Source: a virus. From it: a stretch of 64,000 nucleotides of DNA. The stretch is taken from the IMG/VR virus record IMGVR_UViG_3300045278_000064; one strand, 5' to 3'. Of this stretch, positions 7,648-17,562 are shown in pieces. A program made the position numbers and the translations under genes. Position 1 is the first letter of the stretch. Each line of letters starts with the position of its first letter. The notes below the pieces were generated by a model that worked only from the letters and a program-made list of their open reading frames with translations, had not been told where the DNA came from and did no database searches.

Positions 7648-9063
7648 TCAGTTGGCGGGGTAGTGCAGCGCGTTGACCGTGAGGTTGTATGACGGGGTCG
7701 CGGACATCTGGAACCGCAGGATCCCGGTGTTGAGCACCCCGAGGAATCCGATCCCCGTCGACGCGGCGATCGCGGCGTTCGCCTCGGTCTCACCCCCGGG
7801 GCCGACGTATCCCATCGCCGCCGCGGGGAGGTCGTCCGCGATGATGTTCTCGCCCGACTGCCAGGACCCGGTGGTGGGCCTGACCCGTCCGCGCCACCAG
7901 ACGATCCCGGCCTTGACCCGGTACTGCAGCGGGTTCGTGGCCGTGATCCCCGCGACGACGGGGACCGTGATCCAGTCCGTGTCCGCGACGGCGTCGTCAA
8001 GGTCGTCGAGCCGGTCGTCGAGCCCGTCGACGTTGGAGATGCTGTGCGTGTGCGTCGTGGGCGGGAACTCGGTGGGCTTGTCGTCGACGTTGTCCCACGT
8101 GATGGTGTCGGGGAGCTGCGCCTCCGCGAACTCCGCCTCCGTGCCCGTGTACCCCGCGTCCTGCGCGTACTGGTAGGCGGTCTTCCCGGTCGGGCCGGGG
8201 ACAGTGGACGCGTCGCCCTGGTCGCCCTTGTCCCCGCGGGGGATCGTCAGGCCGAGCACCTGCGATGGGGACGTTCCCGTGATCGACGCAGCGGCCTGGG
8301 AGCCCGCGGCGCCCGTGGTGACTGTCCCGATCGAGAGGACGTTCGGGGGGCCGGGCACGGTCGAGTCGTCGCCCTTGTCGCCCTGCGGGCCGATGAGCGA
8401 GTCCAGCCACTCATCCAGCGTCCCGGTGAACCCCTGCGCGACGGCGAGATCGTACGCGGTCGTGACCTCCTCGAGCCGGTCATCGAGGTCCGCGCGGACC
8501 CTGGCCTCGTAGTACTGGGCGCGCGCGTCCGCGGTCTGATCGATGTATGGGTACACCGTCTGCGGGCGGAAGCTGGGGACCTGGAGGTTCAGGTGCAGCT
8601 GGCCGTTGGTGTAGGTCGCGGTGCCGCCGGCCTGGGTCGCCTCGGAGACGGTGACGCCGACGCCGGTGATCGCGTACTGCTGCTCCCGGCGGGTAAGGGG
8701 CCGCACCGCGGGGAGGTCCGCGAGGCTGATCTCCGACGTGCCAGCCGGGACGCGGATCGCGTACGGCGACCCCCACGACGGGGACACCTTGATCACCCAG
8801 TCCGTGGACCCGTCGATCGTCTGCACGGCGGTCGAGTAGACCGGGAGGCGGACGCGCGCACGGCCGTCGACGAGGCGGACCTTCACCCCGCCGGGGCGGA
8901 GGATCACGTCATCGGCCGGGACGCGCAGCGCGCACGGCAGGAAGAACTCGAAGCTGTCCGGCGCGGGCGCACCCTCGGTCACGTCCGTCGCGTGGATGGT
9001 CACGACGCGGGACGCGAGGGACGGCGCCCGGTCTGCGGCCGGGACGAGGGTCGGAATGCTCAC
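7648..9063 (-). CDS. Tail fibre protein with collagen-like segments
   Basis: GPQGDKGD/GDKGDQGD; VLSIGTVTTG..VLGLTIPRG; C-terminal DTDWITV..LQYRVKAGIVWWRG knob. Confidence 0.75.
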   Translation of the reverse strand: MSIPTLVPAADRAPSLASRVVTIHATDVTEGAPAPDSFEFFLPCALRVPADDVILRPGGVKVRLVDGRARVRLPVYSTAVQTIDGSTDWVIKVSPSWGSPYAIRVPAGTSEISLADLPAVRPLTRREQQYAITGVGVTVSEATQAGGTATYTNGQLHLNLQVPSFRPQTVYPYIDQTADARAQYYEARVRADLDDRLEEVTTAYDLAVAQGFTGTLDEWLDSLIGPQGDKGDDSTVPGPPNVLSIGTVTTGAAGSQAAASITGTSPSQVLGLTIPRGDKGDQGDASTVPGPTGKTAYQYAQDAGYTGTEAEFAEAQLPDTITWDNVDDKPTEFPPTTHTHSISNVDGLDDRLDDLDDAVADTDWITVPVVAGITATNPLQYRVKAGIVWWRGRVRPTTGSWQSGENIIADDLPAAAMGYVGPGGETEANAAIAASTGIGFLGVLNTGILRFQMSATPSYNLTVNALHYPAN

Positions 9064-9266
9064 GAGGCACTCCCTTCGGTGGTGGTCTCGACGCTGGTCT
9101 CGACGCGCTGCAGCACCCCGCCCGTCACGATGGGGTGCCCGCCCTCGTCGAGCTCGGCGGTGGTGACGTGGACGTAGCCGGGGCTGATCGAGACGTGGAG
9201 CGTCAGGTCGGGGTCGAGTCCGAGTGCTTCGTGCGCGGCCCGGATCTGGGCAGGGGTGATCTGCAA
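9060..9266 (-). CDS. Small hypothetical tail-region protein
   Basis: AGGAGG SD followed by TTG start; stop overlaps the next start. Confidence 0.5.
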   Translation of the reverse strand: MQITPAQIRAAHEALGLDPDLTLHVSISPGYVHVTTAELDEGGHPIVTGGVLQRVETSVETTTEGSAS

Positions 9267-9294
9267 GGGGAGCCTCCTGGGCAGGGTGGAGAGG

Positions 9295-10068
9295 TCAGCT
9301 GAGGCGGTCGATGCGGGCGCGTTCGATCGCGATCTCGACCCTGAGGTTGTCCACCGCGGTTTCCAGCGCCACCTGCGATGCCTTCGATGCGGCGAGGGAG
9401 TGCGCGGCGTCCGCGCGCGCACGGGCGGCGCTCGCAGCGGACGCTGCCGCCGCGGCATCGGAGATGCCGGTCCCTGCTCGGCTGTAGGCCGAGTCGGCGC
9501 GCGCCTGGGCTGTGGCGGCGTTCGCGATTCCCGTCCCCGCCCGCGAGTAGGCGCTGTCCGCGCGGGAGTGCGCTGCCGACGCCGCCGACAGCGCATCTCC
9601 CGCACGGGAGTAGGCCGAGTCCGCACGACCATGCGCTGCGGCGGCGTCCGAGACGCCCTTGTCCGCCCGGGCCTGCGCGGTGGTGATCCGGGTGTTGTGC
9701 GACGCGAGGGTCGAGTCGACCCCGTTGAGCCGGGTGTGCGCAGCATCGGCGCGGTTCTGCGCCGCGGTGATCCGGGTGTTGTGCGACGCGAGGGTCGAGT
9801 CGTGGGCGTCCAGCCGACCGTCCTGCTGGTCGTTCTTCGCCCGGATCGAGTCCAGCAGCGGCGTCAGCCCCGTCAGCGCGCCCCGGGACTCCACCGACGC
9901 GCCCGTGCTGTTCACCTGGAACAGCACCCGCCCGTCGGCGGCGTAGAAGCGGACGTGCCCATCGCCGGGCCCCCAGGACATGGGGCCCGGACGGGCGGTG
10001 TTGATCCGATTGATCTGCCTCTGCAGCGACCGGATGTTCTCGGGGATCGACGGGTCCCAGGACGGCAT
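9295..10068 (-). CDS. Minor tail protein with coiled-coil repeats
   Basis: 21-aa RADSAYSRA repeats and a duplicated DSTLASHNTRIT unit. Confidence 0.7.
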   Translation of the reverse strand: MPSWDPSIPENIRSLQRQINRINTARPGPMSWGPGDGHVRFYAADGRVLFQVNSTGASVESRGALTGLTPLLDSIRAKNDQQDGRLDAHDSTLASHNTRITAAQNRADAAHTRLNGVDSTLASHNTRITTAQARADKGVSDAAAAHGRADSAYSRAGDALSAASAAHSRADSAYSRAGTGIANAATAQARADSAYSRAGTGISDAAAAASAASAARARADAAHSLAASKASQVALETAVDNLRVEIAIERARIDRLS

Positions 10069-11186
10069 CAGCTCACCTCCGACAGCTGCAGCACGTATTC
10101 ATCCGCGCCGCTCGACGACCACGACCAGCCCACGCACCGCACCTGCCCCGACTCCGCCGGCCGCGACCACTGCGCATCCGTCCGCCACGAGTACCGCTCG
10201 CCCGTGCGCGGCGTGTACCGGTCCGTCGGCAGATGCGCCGGCCACACCTGCAGCTCCGGCGACAGCCGATACAGGGCCTCCCGGGCACGCCTCCGCAGCA
10301 CCGCCAGCGACCCCGCCTGCGGATCCGTGATCGTGCGGGACTTCAGCGGCTCTCCGGTCGCGCGGGATCGCCCGACCCCGACCGGACCGATCTGGTCCTG
10401 ACCGGCGCCTGCGCCGCGCGCGTACACCGCCGAGGTCGTGCGATGCTCCGAGCGCGACCGCGAGAACCCCGTGATCGACGCCGGAGTCCGTCCCGGGCCG
10501 GCGAGCTCGAGAGTGATGTCCGGGCGGGAGAAGCTGAGGATCGGCTGTCCGACCTCGAGCGTGCGCGTCACCCGGCGCGGCGACCCGTTCACCTGCACGA
10601 GCCCGGACCGGATCACCCACTCGAACGGGCCACCGTCGGCCTCCTGCATGTCCGCGATCGCATCCCAGTAGGAGGTCGAGTACCTCGGCGCATCGACCTC
10701 GATCCGTGCCCCGGTGTGGGAGATCCACGACTGCAGATCGACGGTCACGGTCTGCGAGGTCGTGTACAGGTCCCACAGCATCTGACGCATCGCCACGACC
10801 GGATCGACCGAAGTGCCGATGAAGTCGTCGATGAGCTGTGCTTCCTTCGCATAGCCCGCGAACTCGGGCCCGGAGAGGGTCACGAACGGGGAAGGTGGGG
10901 AGTCGGCGACCTCCGCGATCCACCACTCGCCGAGCTCGCGGCTGATCAGGGGATTGCCGGTGCCGGTCGACAGCGCCTCGCGGACCGGGACGAGGGTGCA
11001 CTTCCCGTTCTTCAGCAGGTCCATGACCCGATAGCCCTCGCCGAGCGCGCCGAGCTTCCGCAGGTCGAGCGTCGCGGAGAACTGCCCCGGTTGCAGGGAC
11101 GACGACAGCGACACGCGCTCGAGCGGCAGCGTCTCCCCGAGGATGTTCCCCGTCTGGAAGTCGGCGAGGAAGAACGTCGGGGTCAT
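10068..11186 (-). CDS. Minor tail/baseplate hub (Tal-like) protein
   Basis: Start MTPTFFLADFQTG overlaps the upstream stop (ATGA); second gene after the TMP. Confidence 0.7.
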   Translation of the reverse strand: MTPTFFLADFQTGNILGETLPLERVSLSSSLQPGQFSATLDLRKLGALGEGYRVMDLLKNGKCTLVPVREALSTGTGNPLISRELGEWWIAEVADSPPSPFVTLSGPEFAGYAKEAQLIDDFIGTSVDPVVAMRQMLWDLYTTSQTVTVDLQSWISHTGARIEVDAPRYSTSYWDAIADMQEADGGPFEWVIRSGLVQVNGSPRRVTRTLEVGQPILSFSRPDITLELAGPGRTPASITGFSRSRSEHRTTSAVYARGAGAGQDQIGPVGVGRSRATGEPLKSRTITDPQAGSLAVLRRRAREALYRLSPELQVWPAHLPTDRYTPRTGERYSWRTDAQWSRPAESGQVRCVGWSWSSSGADEYVLQLSEVS

Positions 11187-12010
11187 GACCATGAGGACCT
11201 CCACGTGACGCTCACGCGGCCGCTGCCGCTGCCGGTGCGGGTCAGGCGCGTCGTCCCCGGTGGGATGGCGAGCCACGATCCCGACACCAACTGGCGAGAG
11301 TGCCCCGTCGTCGCGGGGTTCCGAACCACGCGACGGTCCATGTCGACGTTGATGGTCGTCCCCGACGCGATCGTGCCGTTGTACGTCCACGCCCCGCCGG
11401 GCCAGGTGATGCCCGGATTCGTCAGCGGACCGACGAGCTGCGCCGACGTGGGGGCCGGGGCGGTGCCGAGGTTCCGGACGTCGACCCCCGCGGCGGTGAG
11501 GGTCGCGGTCTGCGACTCCACGTCCTGGCGGAGGAAGCCCGCGGCCTCGAGCTCCAGCGTGTACGCCGCGAGGCGCGACGACCGAGGAGTGATCATCGGC
11601 TTCTGCAGCCGCGTCACCTCGATCTGGCGGACGAGGCCGAGATGCTCCTCCTCGACCACGAGCTGGGCCCAGCGGGGCCTGGTGAGGATCGCTCCGAGCT
11701 CCTCCATCCGCTCCCACAGCGCGACCGGCGTGCGCTCGATGATGAGGCCCTCCAGCGTGATCCGCCGGCTCTCCTCGAAGACGTCCGCCTTGACCCCGGC
11801 GTCGGCGTGCTCCCACGCCACCGGGCCTCCGGTCCGGGAGGTGCCGTTCGTCCATCCATCCCAGCCCGCGATCGTGATGCGGTCCCGCTCTCGGGAGCCC
11901 GACACGAAGTCGAGCCCCTGGAGCGAGACCTTCACGCACGGAGGCGGCGCGAACAGCGGCACAGCGCTGCTGCAGGACTCGAAGCCGGTCCAGTCCGGGG
12001 AATGCAGCAT
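11183..12010 (-). CDS. Distal tail (Dit-like) protein
   Basis: First gene after the TMP; ends WLAIPPG...VSVTWRSSWS, typical of Dit. Confidence 0.7.
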   Translation of the reverse strand: MLHSPDWTGFESCSSAVPLFAPPPCVKVSLQGLDFVSGSRERDRITIAGWDGWTNGTSRTGGPVAWEHADAGVKADVFEESRRITLEGLIIERTPVALWERMEELGAILTRPRWAQLVVEEEHLGLVRQIEVTRLQKPMITPRSSRLAAYTLELEAAGFLRQDVESQTATLTAAGVDVRNLGTAPAPTSAQLVGPLTNPGITWPGGAWTYNGTIASGTTINVDMDRRVVRNPATTGHSRQLVSGSWLAIPPGTTRLTRTGSGSGRVSVTWRSSWS

Positions 12011-12024
12011 CGATCCTCCTCAGA

Positions 12025-15000
12025 TCACGACGGCAGCTGGACGGCCTGCGCGCTCACGAAGTGGCGCATCTTCGCCATCGCCCGGTCCGTCACCTCGTTG
12101 GGGTCGGGGCCGTAGATGTTGTTCGTCTGGCTCAGAGATGGACGCGAGTCCGTCGAGCCCGACACCGGCTGCCGACCCCACGACGGGGTCGCCGGCAGCG
12201 ACATGCGCACCGCCGCACCGTTCTCGACCCCACCGCCATCCGCGAAGCGCAGCGCGCCCGCACGGATCGCGGCCCGCATCCGCAGGACCGAGTCGTGCCC
12301 GCCGGCGAGCGCTACCTCGGCCGCGGTGAGGACGTGCTCGCCGTTGGAGAGGAGGGCCCGGATGGAGTCGGAGGTGCCGGTGCCAGGGCCGAAGACAGGG
12401 CCGCCCGTGGCGAAGCGGGATCCGCCGCCGCTTCCTTGGAAGCCGGGGTCGGAGTAGCCGACGGTGATCGTCATGCGCCGGTTCCGGGCCGCGTTGTTGA
12501 TGCGGGAGTTCGCGGCGCCGGAGTTGTCGTCGACGTCGATGTGGCTGTTCCGGTCGCGGGCAGCGGAGTTGATGTCGCTGTTCGCTTCGCCGGTGTTCGC
12601 GTCGACGTCGATGGTGCCCGTGGTGTTGTCGGCCTGGCGCTTCACTTCCTGGGTCTTCAGGATCGCGGGCACGCCGTCGGCGTCGATCTCGACCGTGCCG
12701 CCGGAGTTGTTGATGTGGTCGACGAGGGTGAGGAGCGCCGACTCCGCATCGACGGGGGTGCCGTTGATGGAGACGTAGCCTTCGCCCTCGTTGATCTCCG
12801 CGACCAGCATCGCGAGGGCTTCCTGAGCATCGACGGTCTCGCCGTTGATCTCGACGGTCCAGCTCTGGTCCATCATCGCGGCGTAGAACTGCTCGATGGA
12901 GGACTGGGCCCAGTACGTGTCCGCGTCGATGATCACCTGGTGGGGGGTGGCGTCCCCGATTCGGGAGCCGAAGACGCGGACTTCCTCCTCGGCCGGGGAC
13001 GTGTCCGCTCCGACGGGGATCTCGGGGAGAGCGTCTCCGATCTGGGACCAGAATGCGTCCCAGTCCTGGCCGGCCTGCTCGGTCTCGACCTTCACCTCGG
13101 TCTCGACGAAGTCGGGGATCAGCTGGAGCTCGTCCGCGAGGCGGGTGGCCTCCTCGGTCGACATGCCCATCGCCTCGGCGGTGCGGATGAAGTTGTCCCG
13201 ACCGGACTGCATGATCGAGTCCAGCTCGGATGCCGTCGCGCCTGCTTCCTCAGCCTTGTTCGCCCAGTTGTGAGCGGACTCCGCAATCCCATCGAGCGCT
13301 GCCTCGTTCGCGCGCCCTGCTTCCGTGGTCCGGTCCAGGGTCTTGCCGTGCTCCTCGAGGGACGCGGTCGCGTCGTCGATCGCGGCCTCGAAATCGCGCT
13401 CCGACCCGCGCACTCCGAGGAGGAGGTCCGCGGTGTCGGAGAGGAGATCCTGCAGCTCGGCGAGCGCGTCGACCTGCTCCTCCACGGCACCCGTCGCGTC
13501 GTCCATGCCAGCGGCCATCTCGCCACTGGCGCCCTCGACGCCGGACATCGCGCCTGTCGCCTCATCGATGACGGGGACCAGCTCGCCGGTTGCGATCTTG
13601 AGCAGGGTCTGGTCATCGGCCGCAAGTCCTGCGTCTGTCGCGAGGTTGGTCAGCTCGGCGCGAAGGCCGGGAAGCCGATCCATGACATCTGCGGCGGAGT
13701 ACTCGTATGCCTCTGCGGACTCCGTCGCGGCATTGAACTGGTCGACCATGTGGTCCAGCGCGCCGCCCTGGACGAAGCTCACCATGGCCTGATCTGCCTG
13801 CTCCATCGAGGCGAGGAGATCGTCGCGGACGGAGTTCCCGAACATGCCGAAGCCTGTGGCGAGCTCGTCCGCGAACTTGGTGAATCCGTCTGCATCCAGC
13901 TCTCGGAGCGCGGACCCGAAGTCGTTCACGACCTCGAAGCTCGAGGGGAGCGTCTCCGCATACAGCTTGTCGAAGGACGCTCGCGTGATGTCCGACGTCT
14001 CCGCCAGGTTGATCAAGGATGCGGTGTACTCGTCTGCTCCGATGCCCGCCTCGATGAACGAGCGCCGGAAGCTGTCCACGACTCCGATGCCGGCCAGCGC
14101 CAACCCGGCGACGCCCGCGGCCTTGCCCACCTTGCCCAGGCCTCCGGCCACGCCAGGCATGTCCGTCTTGAGCGTCTGGAACGCCGACACGGTGTCCATC
14201 ACGCGGGGGAACAGCAGCAGGAACGACCCTGCAGCCAGCGATGCGCCACCCACGACGGCGCCCAGCCCGGCAGCCGCCTGCTGGACGGGCTCCGGCAGGT
14301 CCGCGAACCAGCCGGCAAGATCGCCCGCGCCCTCGGCGAGGTCGGCGACTGCCGGCAGGACGACCCCGCCGATGCTGATGCCCATGTCGACCAGGGCGTT
14401 CTTCGCCATGGCGATGCGGGACTCCGCAGTCTCGTACCGCTTCGAGGCCTCCTCGATGAGGGCCGTTCCCTTCTCGAACTCCGAGTTGCCCATCGCCATC
14501 GCATCGGACATGGTCCCCGTTGCGAGGGCGAGTCGACGCATGGTGTCGGCCTCGCGCAGCCCGGTGATGCCGAGCTCTGTGAGGACCCCGTTGGTGGACA
14601 TGCCGAGCTCGGAGGTGTCCGCGAGGCCCTCGGTGAAGGCCACGAGAGCCTCCGCCGGCCGGGTCTCCCAAGCAGTGGCGAACTGCTCCGACGTCATGCC
14701 CGAGACGGCCGCGAACAGATCGAGGGACTCGCCACCCTCCTCGACGGACCTGGAGATGCGGTTCATGGTCTGCGTCATCGCAGAGCCGCCAGCTTCCGCC
14801 TCGATACCGACCTGGGACATCGCGGTCGCGAGCCCCATGATCTCGCCCTCGGAGAGGCCCGCCTGAGTGCCTGCAGCAGCGAGGCGCTGCGACAGGGCGA
14901 CGATCTCTCCCTCCGTGGTCGCGAAGTTGTTTCCGAGGCCGACGACGGTCGCGCCGAGCCGTCCGATGTCCTGCTGCGAGGTGCCCGTGACGGTGATGAA

Positions 15001-15513
15001 GCGCGCGAGCGCAGTCGCAGCCTCGTCTGCGGAGAGGTTGGTCGACTCTCCCATGTCGATCATCGTTCGCGTGAAGGAGAGGATGTTCGGGGTCGCGATG
15101 CCGAGCTGACCCGCGGCCTCGGCGACGGCCGCGATCTCCTGATGCGAGGCCGGCAGCTCCCGGGCCATGCCGCGCAGGCCGGCCTCGAGCGAAGCCATCT
15201 GCGGCGCGGTGCCGTCGACGGTCTTCTGCACGCCTGCCCACGCGGACTCCCAGTCCATCGCGGCCTTCGTCGCGAGGGCGAGGCCACCGAGCGCCGCGGC
15301 GCCGAAGCCCGTCAGGGTCGCGCCGGCGGTGTTCCAGGCCTCCGAGTTCTCCTTCGCGGACTGGACCATCCGGCCCATCGCGGTGTCGGCCTGCTTCGCC
15401 GCGGTTTCGGTACCCTTCGCGGTCTGCTCGACGGCCTTCGTCGCCGCCGCCATCTCGCGCTTGAAGCCATCCACCTCGGCACGGAGGCGGACCACGATGC
15501 TTCGATCACTCAC
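12025..15513 (-). CDS. Tape measure protein
   Basis: 1162 aa, Ala-rich helical; WESAWAGVQKTVDG TP901-type core; RFATGGPVFGPGTGTSDSI motif. Confidence 0.95.
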   Translation of the reverse strand: MSDRSIVVRLRAEVDGFKREMAAATKAVEQTAKGTETAAKQADTAMGRMVQSAKENSEAWNTAGATLTGFGAAALGGLALATKAAMDWESAWAGVQKTVDGTAPQMASLEAGLRGMARELPASHQEIAAVAEAAGQLGIATPNILSFTRTMIDMGESTNLSADEAATALARFITVTGTSQQDIGRLGATVVGLGNNFATTEGEIVALSQRLAAAGTQAGLSEGEIMGLATAMSQVGIEAEAGGSAMTQTMNRISRSVEEGGESLDLFAAVSGMTSEQFATAWETRPAEALVAFTEGLADTSELGMSTNGVLTELGITGLREADTMRRLALATGTMSDAMAMGNSEFEKGTALIEEASKRYETAESRIAMAKNALVDMGISIGGVVLPAVADLAEGAGDLAGWFADLPEPVQQAAAGLGAVVGGASLAAGSFLLLFPRVMDTVSAFQTLKTDMPGVAGGLGKVGKAAGVAGLALAGIGVVDSFRRSFIEAGIGADEYTASLINLAETSDITRASFDKLYAETLPSSFEVVNDFGSALRELDADGFTKFADELATGFGMFGNSVRDDLLASMEQADQAMVSFVQGGALDHMVDQFNAATESAEAYEYSAADVMDRLPGLRAELTNLATDAGLAADDQTLLKIATGELVPVIDEATGAMSGVEGASGEMAAGMDDATGAVEEQVDALAELQDLLSDTADLLLGVRGSERDFEAAIDDATASLEEHGKTLDRTTEAGRANEAALDGIAESAHNWANKAEEAGATASELDSIMQSGRDNFIRTAEAMGMSTEEATRLADELQLIPDFVETEVKVETEQAGQDWDAFWSQIGDALPEIPVGADTSPAEEEVRVFGSRIGDATPHQVIIDADTYWAQSSIEQFYAAMMDQSWTVEINGETVDAQEALAMLVAEINEGEGYVSINGTPVDAESALLTLVDHINNSGGTVEIDADGVPAILKTQEVKRQADNTTGTIDVDANTGEANSDINSAARDRNSHIDVDDNSGAANSRINNAARNRRMTITVGYSDPGFQGSGGGSRFATGGPVFGPGTGTSDSIRALLSNGEHVLTAAEVALAGGHDSVLRMRAAIRAGALRFADGGGVENGAAVRMSLPATPSWGRQPVSGSTDSRPSLSQTNNIYGPDPNEVTDRAMAKMRHFVSAQAVQLPS

Positions 15514-16096
15514 GCTGAGCCCCCTCCCCAGCGAATGCGCCGTTCAGGTCGTGCCGCAGCTGCTTTGCCGCAGCTGCGGCCGTATCGAGGTCCTTGAACA
15601 GCCCGCCCTCGAAGATCTGGCCGCACTTCACGACCCGAACTCGATAGGAGTCACCGTGGCGGTGGACGTTCCTCACGCCCGTGCTGCCGTTCCTGTTCGG
15701 GCCGCGTCGGTTCGCGCCGTTCTCCGGGGGAGTGGCGATCCGCAGGTGCGACACCTCGACGCAGTCGCGCCGGTGGCAGGAGTGGTCGAGCCACGTCGAC
15801 GAAGCGATCTCCCCGTAAACCAGCCGCCACGCATGACGGTGCGCGTGCTCCATGCCGCCACCCGGCTTCGTCATGTACCCGTAGCCGGTGCTGCTCTTCG
15901 CCCCGGTCCAGACCAGGCACCCCGAAGCGGTATCGCGCTCTGTGTACTCGCGAAAGCGCTCCTCGGTCGAGAACAACCGACGGCCACCACCGAGTGGATC
16001 CCCGTGACGCCGAAACCTGCGATAGTGCTTGGAGCAGAGGCCTCGCGCCTCATGGGGCCGATCGCAGCCGTCGATAGTGCAGAAGCGGCCCGCCAC
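15506..16096 (-). CDS. Free-standing HNH endonuclease
   Basis: CTIDGC...GLCSKH Zn finger; CLVWTG...HAHRHAW...LDHSCHRRDCVEVSHL; AP2-like C-terminus. Confidence 0.85.
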   Translation of the reverse strand: MAGRFCTIDGCDRPHEARGLCSKHYRRFRRHGDPLGGGRRLFSTEERFREYTERDTASGCLVWTGAKSSTGYGYMTKPGGGMEHAHRHAWRLVYGEIASSTWLDHSCHRRDCVEVSHLRIATPPENGANRRGPNRNGSTGVRNVHRHGDSYRVRVVKCGQIFEGGLFKDLDTAAAAAKQLRHDLNGAFAGEGAQRE

Positions 16097-16123
16097 GTCA
16101 GCCCCCTCGCTACAGGAGTCGTC

Positions 16124-16501
16124 ATGCGCAACCGGTCTTCGTTCGCTCTCGCCGTCGTCGTCTTGACGCTCGCCTCGTGCTCCAACTCCGAGCCCGGTCC
16201 GGCACCGTTCGAAGAAGCCGACCCAGCTGGCTACGCGGCGTGCGAGACGTACATGACTGCGCCGCCTGCCGAGGTGCTAGAGCAGTTCGATGACGAGCTC
16301 GACCTCGTCCTGTACGCCGGTGCCAGCGCTTACGAGCACGCCGTCGACTCGAGCACTGCAGAGATCGCAGATTCGGTGAACGAGGAGCTCACTGCTGCAG
16401 GCGTTCCCTCAGTCGTTGCGGCCAAGCTGATACCCGCGTGCGAGGGCAAGGGCTTCGAGATCGGACCGGGTTCAGCAGCCGAGGCAGCGCAGAACGTGTG
16501 A
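16124..16501 (+). CDS. Lipoprotein moron
   Basis: AGGAG SD; signal peptide with lipobox LTLASC; antisense to the tail operon. Confidence 0.7.
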   Translation: MRNRSSFALAVVVLTLASCSNSEPGPAPFEEADPAGYAACETYMTAPPAEVLEQFDDELDLVLYAGASAYEHAVDSSTAEIADSVNEELTAAGVPSVVAAKLIPACEGKGFEIGPGSAAEAAQNV

Positions 16502-16511
16502 CCCCCAGAGC

Positions 16512-16868
16512 TCAGCGCTCGGCCTCGTCCTTGAAGCCCACCATGACGCCCTTCTCGGGGTTCTTGTCCTGGGAGCGCTCGTCCTCCCACTCCTCGCGGG
16601 CCACGAGGTACACGCACGTCTTCTCGACCGTCACGGGCTCGATGTCCGTGGTGTCGGCGTCGCACTCGTCGCGATAGTGCTCGCCTCCTGCGCCCGAGGG
16701 GCACAGGTCCATGTCGTGCAGGGGCTGCGCGAGCACCAGCAGCCGGTCCCACAGCTGCCAGCCCGGCACGCCCGTGCGCAGATGCGACAGCGTCGTCCCC
16801 CAGGACTTCGCGGCATCCATCTGCACACGGACGTGCGGGAAGCGCCTCAGCGCTCTGGCGAGAAAGGG
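16512..16868 (-). CDS. Tail assembly chaperone, -1 frameshift extension (gpT-like)
   Basis: The -1 frame at CCCTTTC is open and continues LARALRRFPHVRVQMDAAKSWG to stop 16512. Confidence 0.75.
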   Translation of the reverse strand, partial: PFLARALRRFPHVRVQMDAAKSWGTTLSHLRTGVPGWQLWDRLLVLAQPLHDMDLCPSGAGGEHYRDECDADTTDIEPVTVEKTCVYLVAREEWEDERSQDKNPEKGVMVGFKDEAER

Positions 16869-17425
16869 ACGGACGGCAGGACCTGCCCGGCCTGCGCGAG
16901 CTCGGTCACCGCCCTGAAGAGGCCGTGCATCGGGCCATCACCGAGGGTGACGCGGAGCTTCCGCACCTGCTTCTCGGAGATCGTGGGCTTCGAGCGGCCG
17001 GTCGCGCCGTCGGTCACCTTGATCACGGCGGCCGCGGCGGTCATGTCGCCGAGCGCGATCTGATCGACCCGCTTCCGCGGCTGCCCGTCGGCGCCGAGGA
17101 GCGGCTTCGTCGGCGCCTTCTCGGCGAGTGCCTTCAGCTCCTCGCCGGTGAGGGCCTGGACGGTGAAGACGAGGCGCGAGGCCTCCATGCGCTCGATCAC
17201 GTCCTCGATCTGCTCGCGGATGCTCACCTCGCCCATGGACTCGTCGTCGGCGCCGTCCTCCTGCTGGAGCTTCTGCGCGAGGCGGTCGTACTCCTGCAGC
17301 AGGTCCCAGTTGCGGTACACGGTGACGTCGCGGCGCGGGCGGGCGCCCTGGTCGATCCAGGCGTCGATGTCGAAGTCGTCGGGGTCGGCGCCGAAGTCCT
17401 CGACGTTCTCGGGGATGGTGGTCAT
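16847..17425 (-). CDS. Tail assembly chaperone (gpG-like)
   Basis: Lies between major tail and TMP genes; slippery heptamer near its 3' end. Confidence 0.8.
   Translation of the reverse strand: MTTIPENVEDFGADPDDFDIDAWIDQGARPRRDVTVYRNWDLLQEYDRLAQKLQQEDGADDESMGEVSIREQIEDVIERMEASRLVFTVQALTGEELKALAEKAPTKPLLGADGQPRKRVDQIALGDMTAAAAVIKVTDGATGRSKPTISEKQVRKLRVTLGDGPMHGLFRAVTELAQAGQVLPSVPFSPER
16862..16868 (-). promoter_or_regulatory. -1 ribosomal frameshift slippery site C CCT TTC
   Basis: X XXY YYZ heptamer in the correct frame, three codons before the stop. Confidence 0.8.
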
Positions 17426-17562
17426 GGTGGTGCTCCTGTTCTCCTGTGCTCCTGGGCTCCTGTGGTTCCCCCGGAGGGGGCCGGGCGGGGGAGCGCAGGA
17501 GCACGCTCGACCCCGCCCGGCGGTCTGTGGCCCGCACCCCGGGAGGTGCGGGCGGTGGAGGG

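Noticed and set aside
12061-15597. 1178-aa plus-strand ORF opposite the tape measure gene (also 3457-5358, 21595-24264, 25571-27718, 39169-40830, 51447-54707, 55969-58026)
   Set aside because: Antisense shadows of real genes; high GC3 bias suppresses stops on the opposite strand; no motifs or RBS
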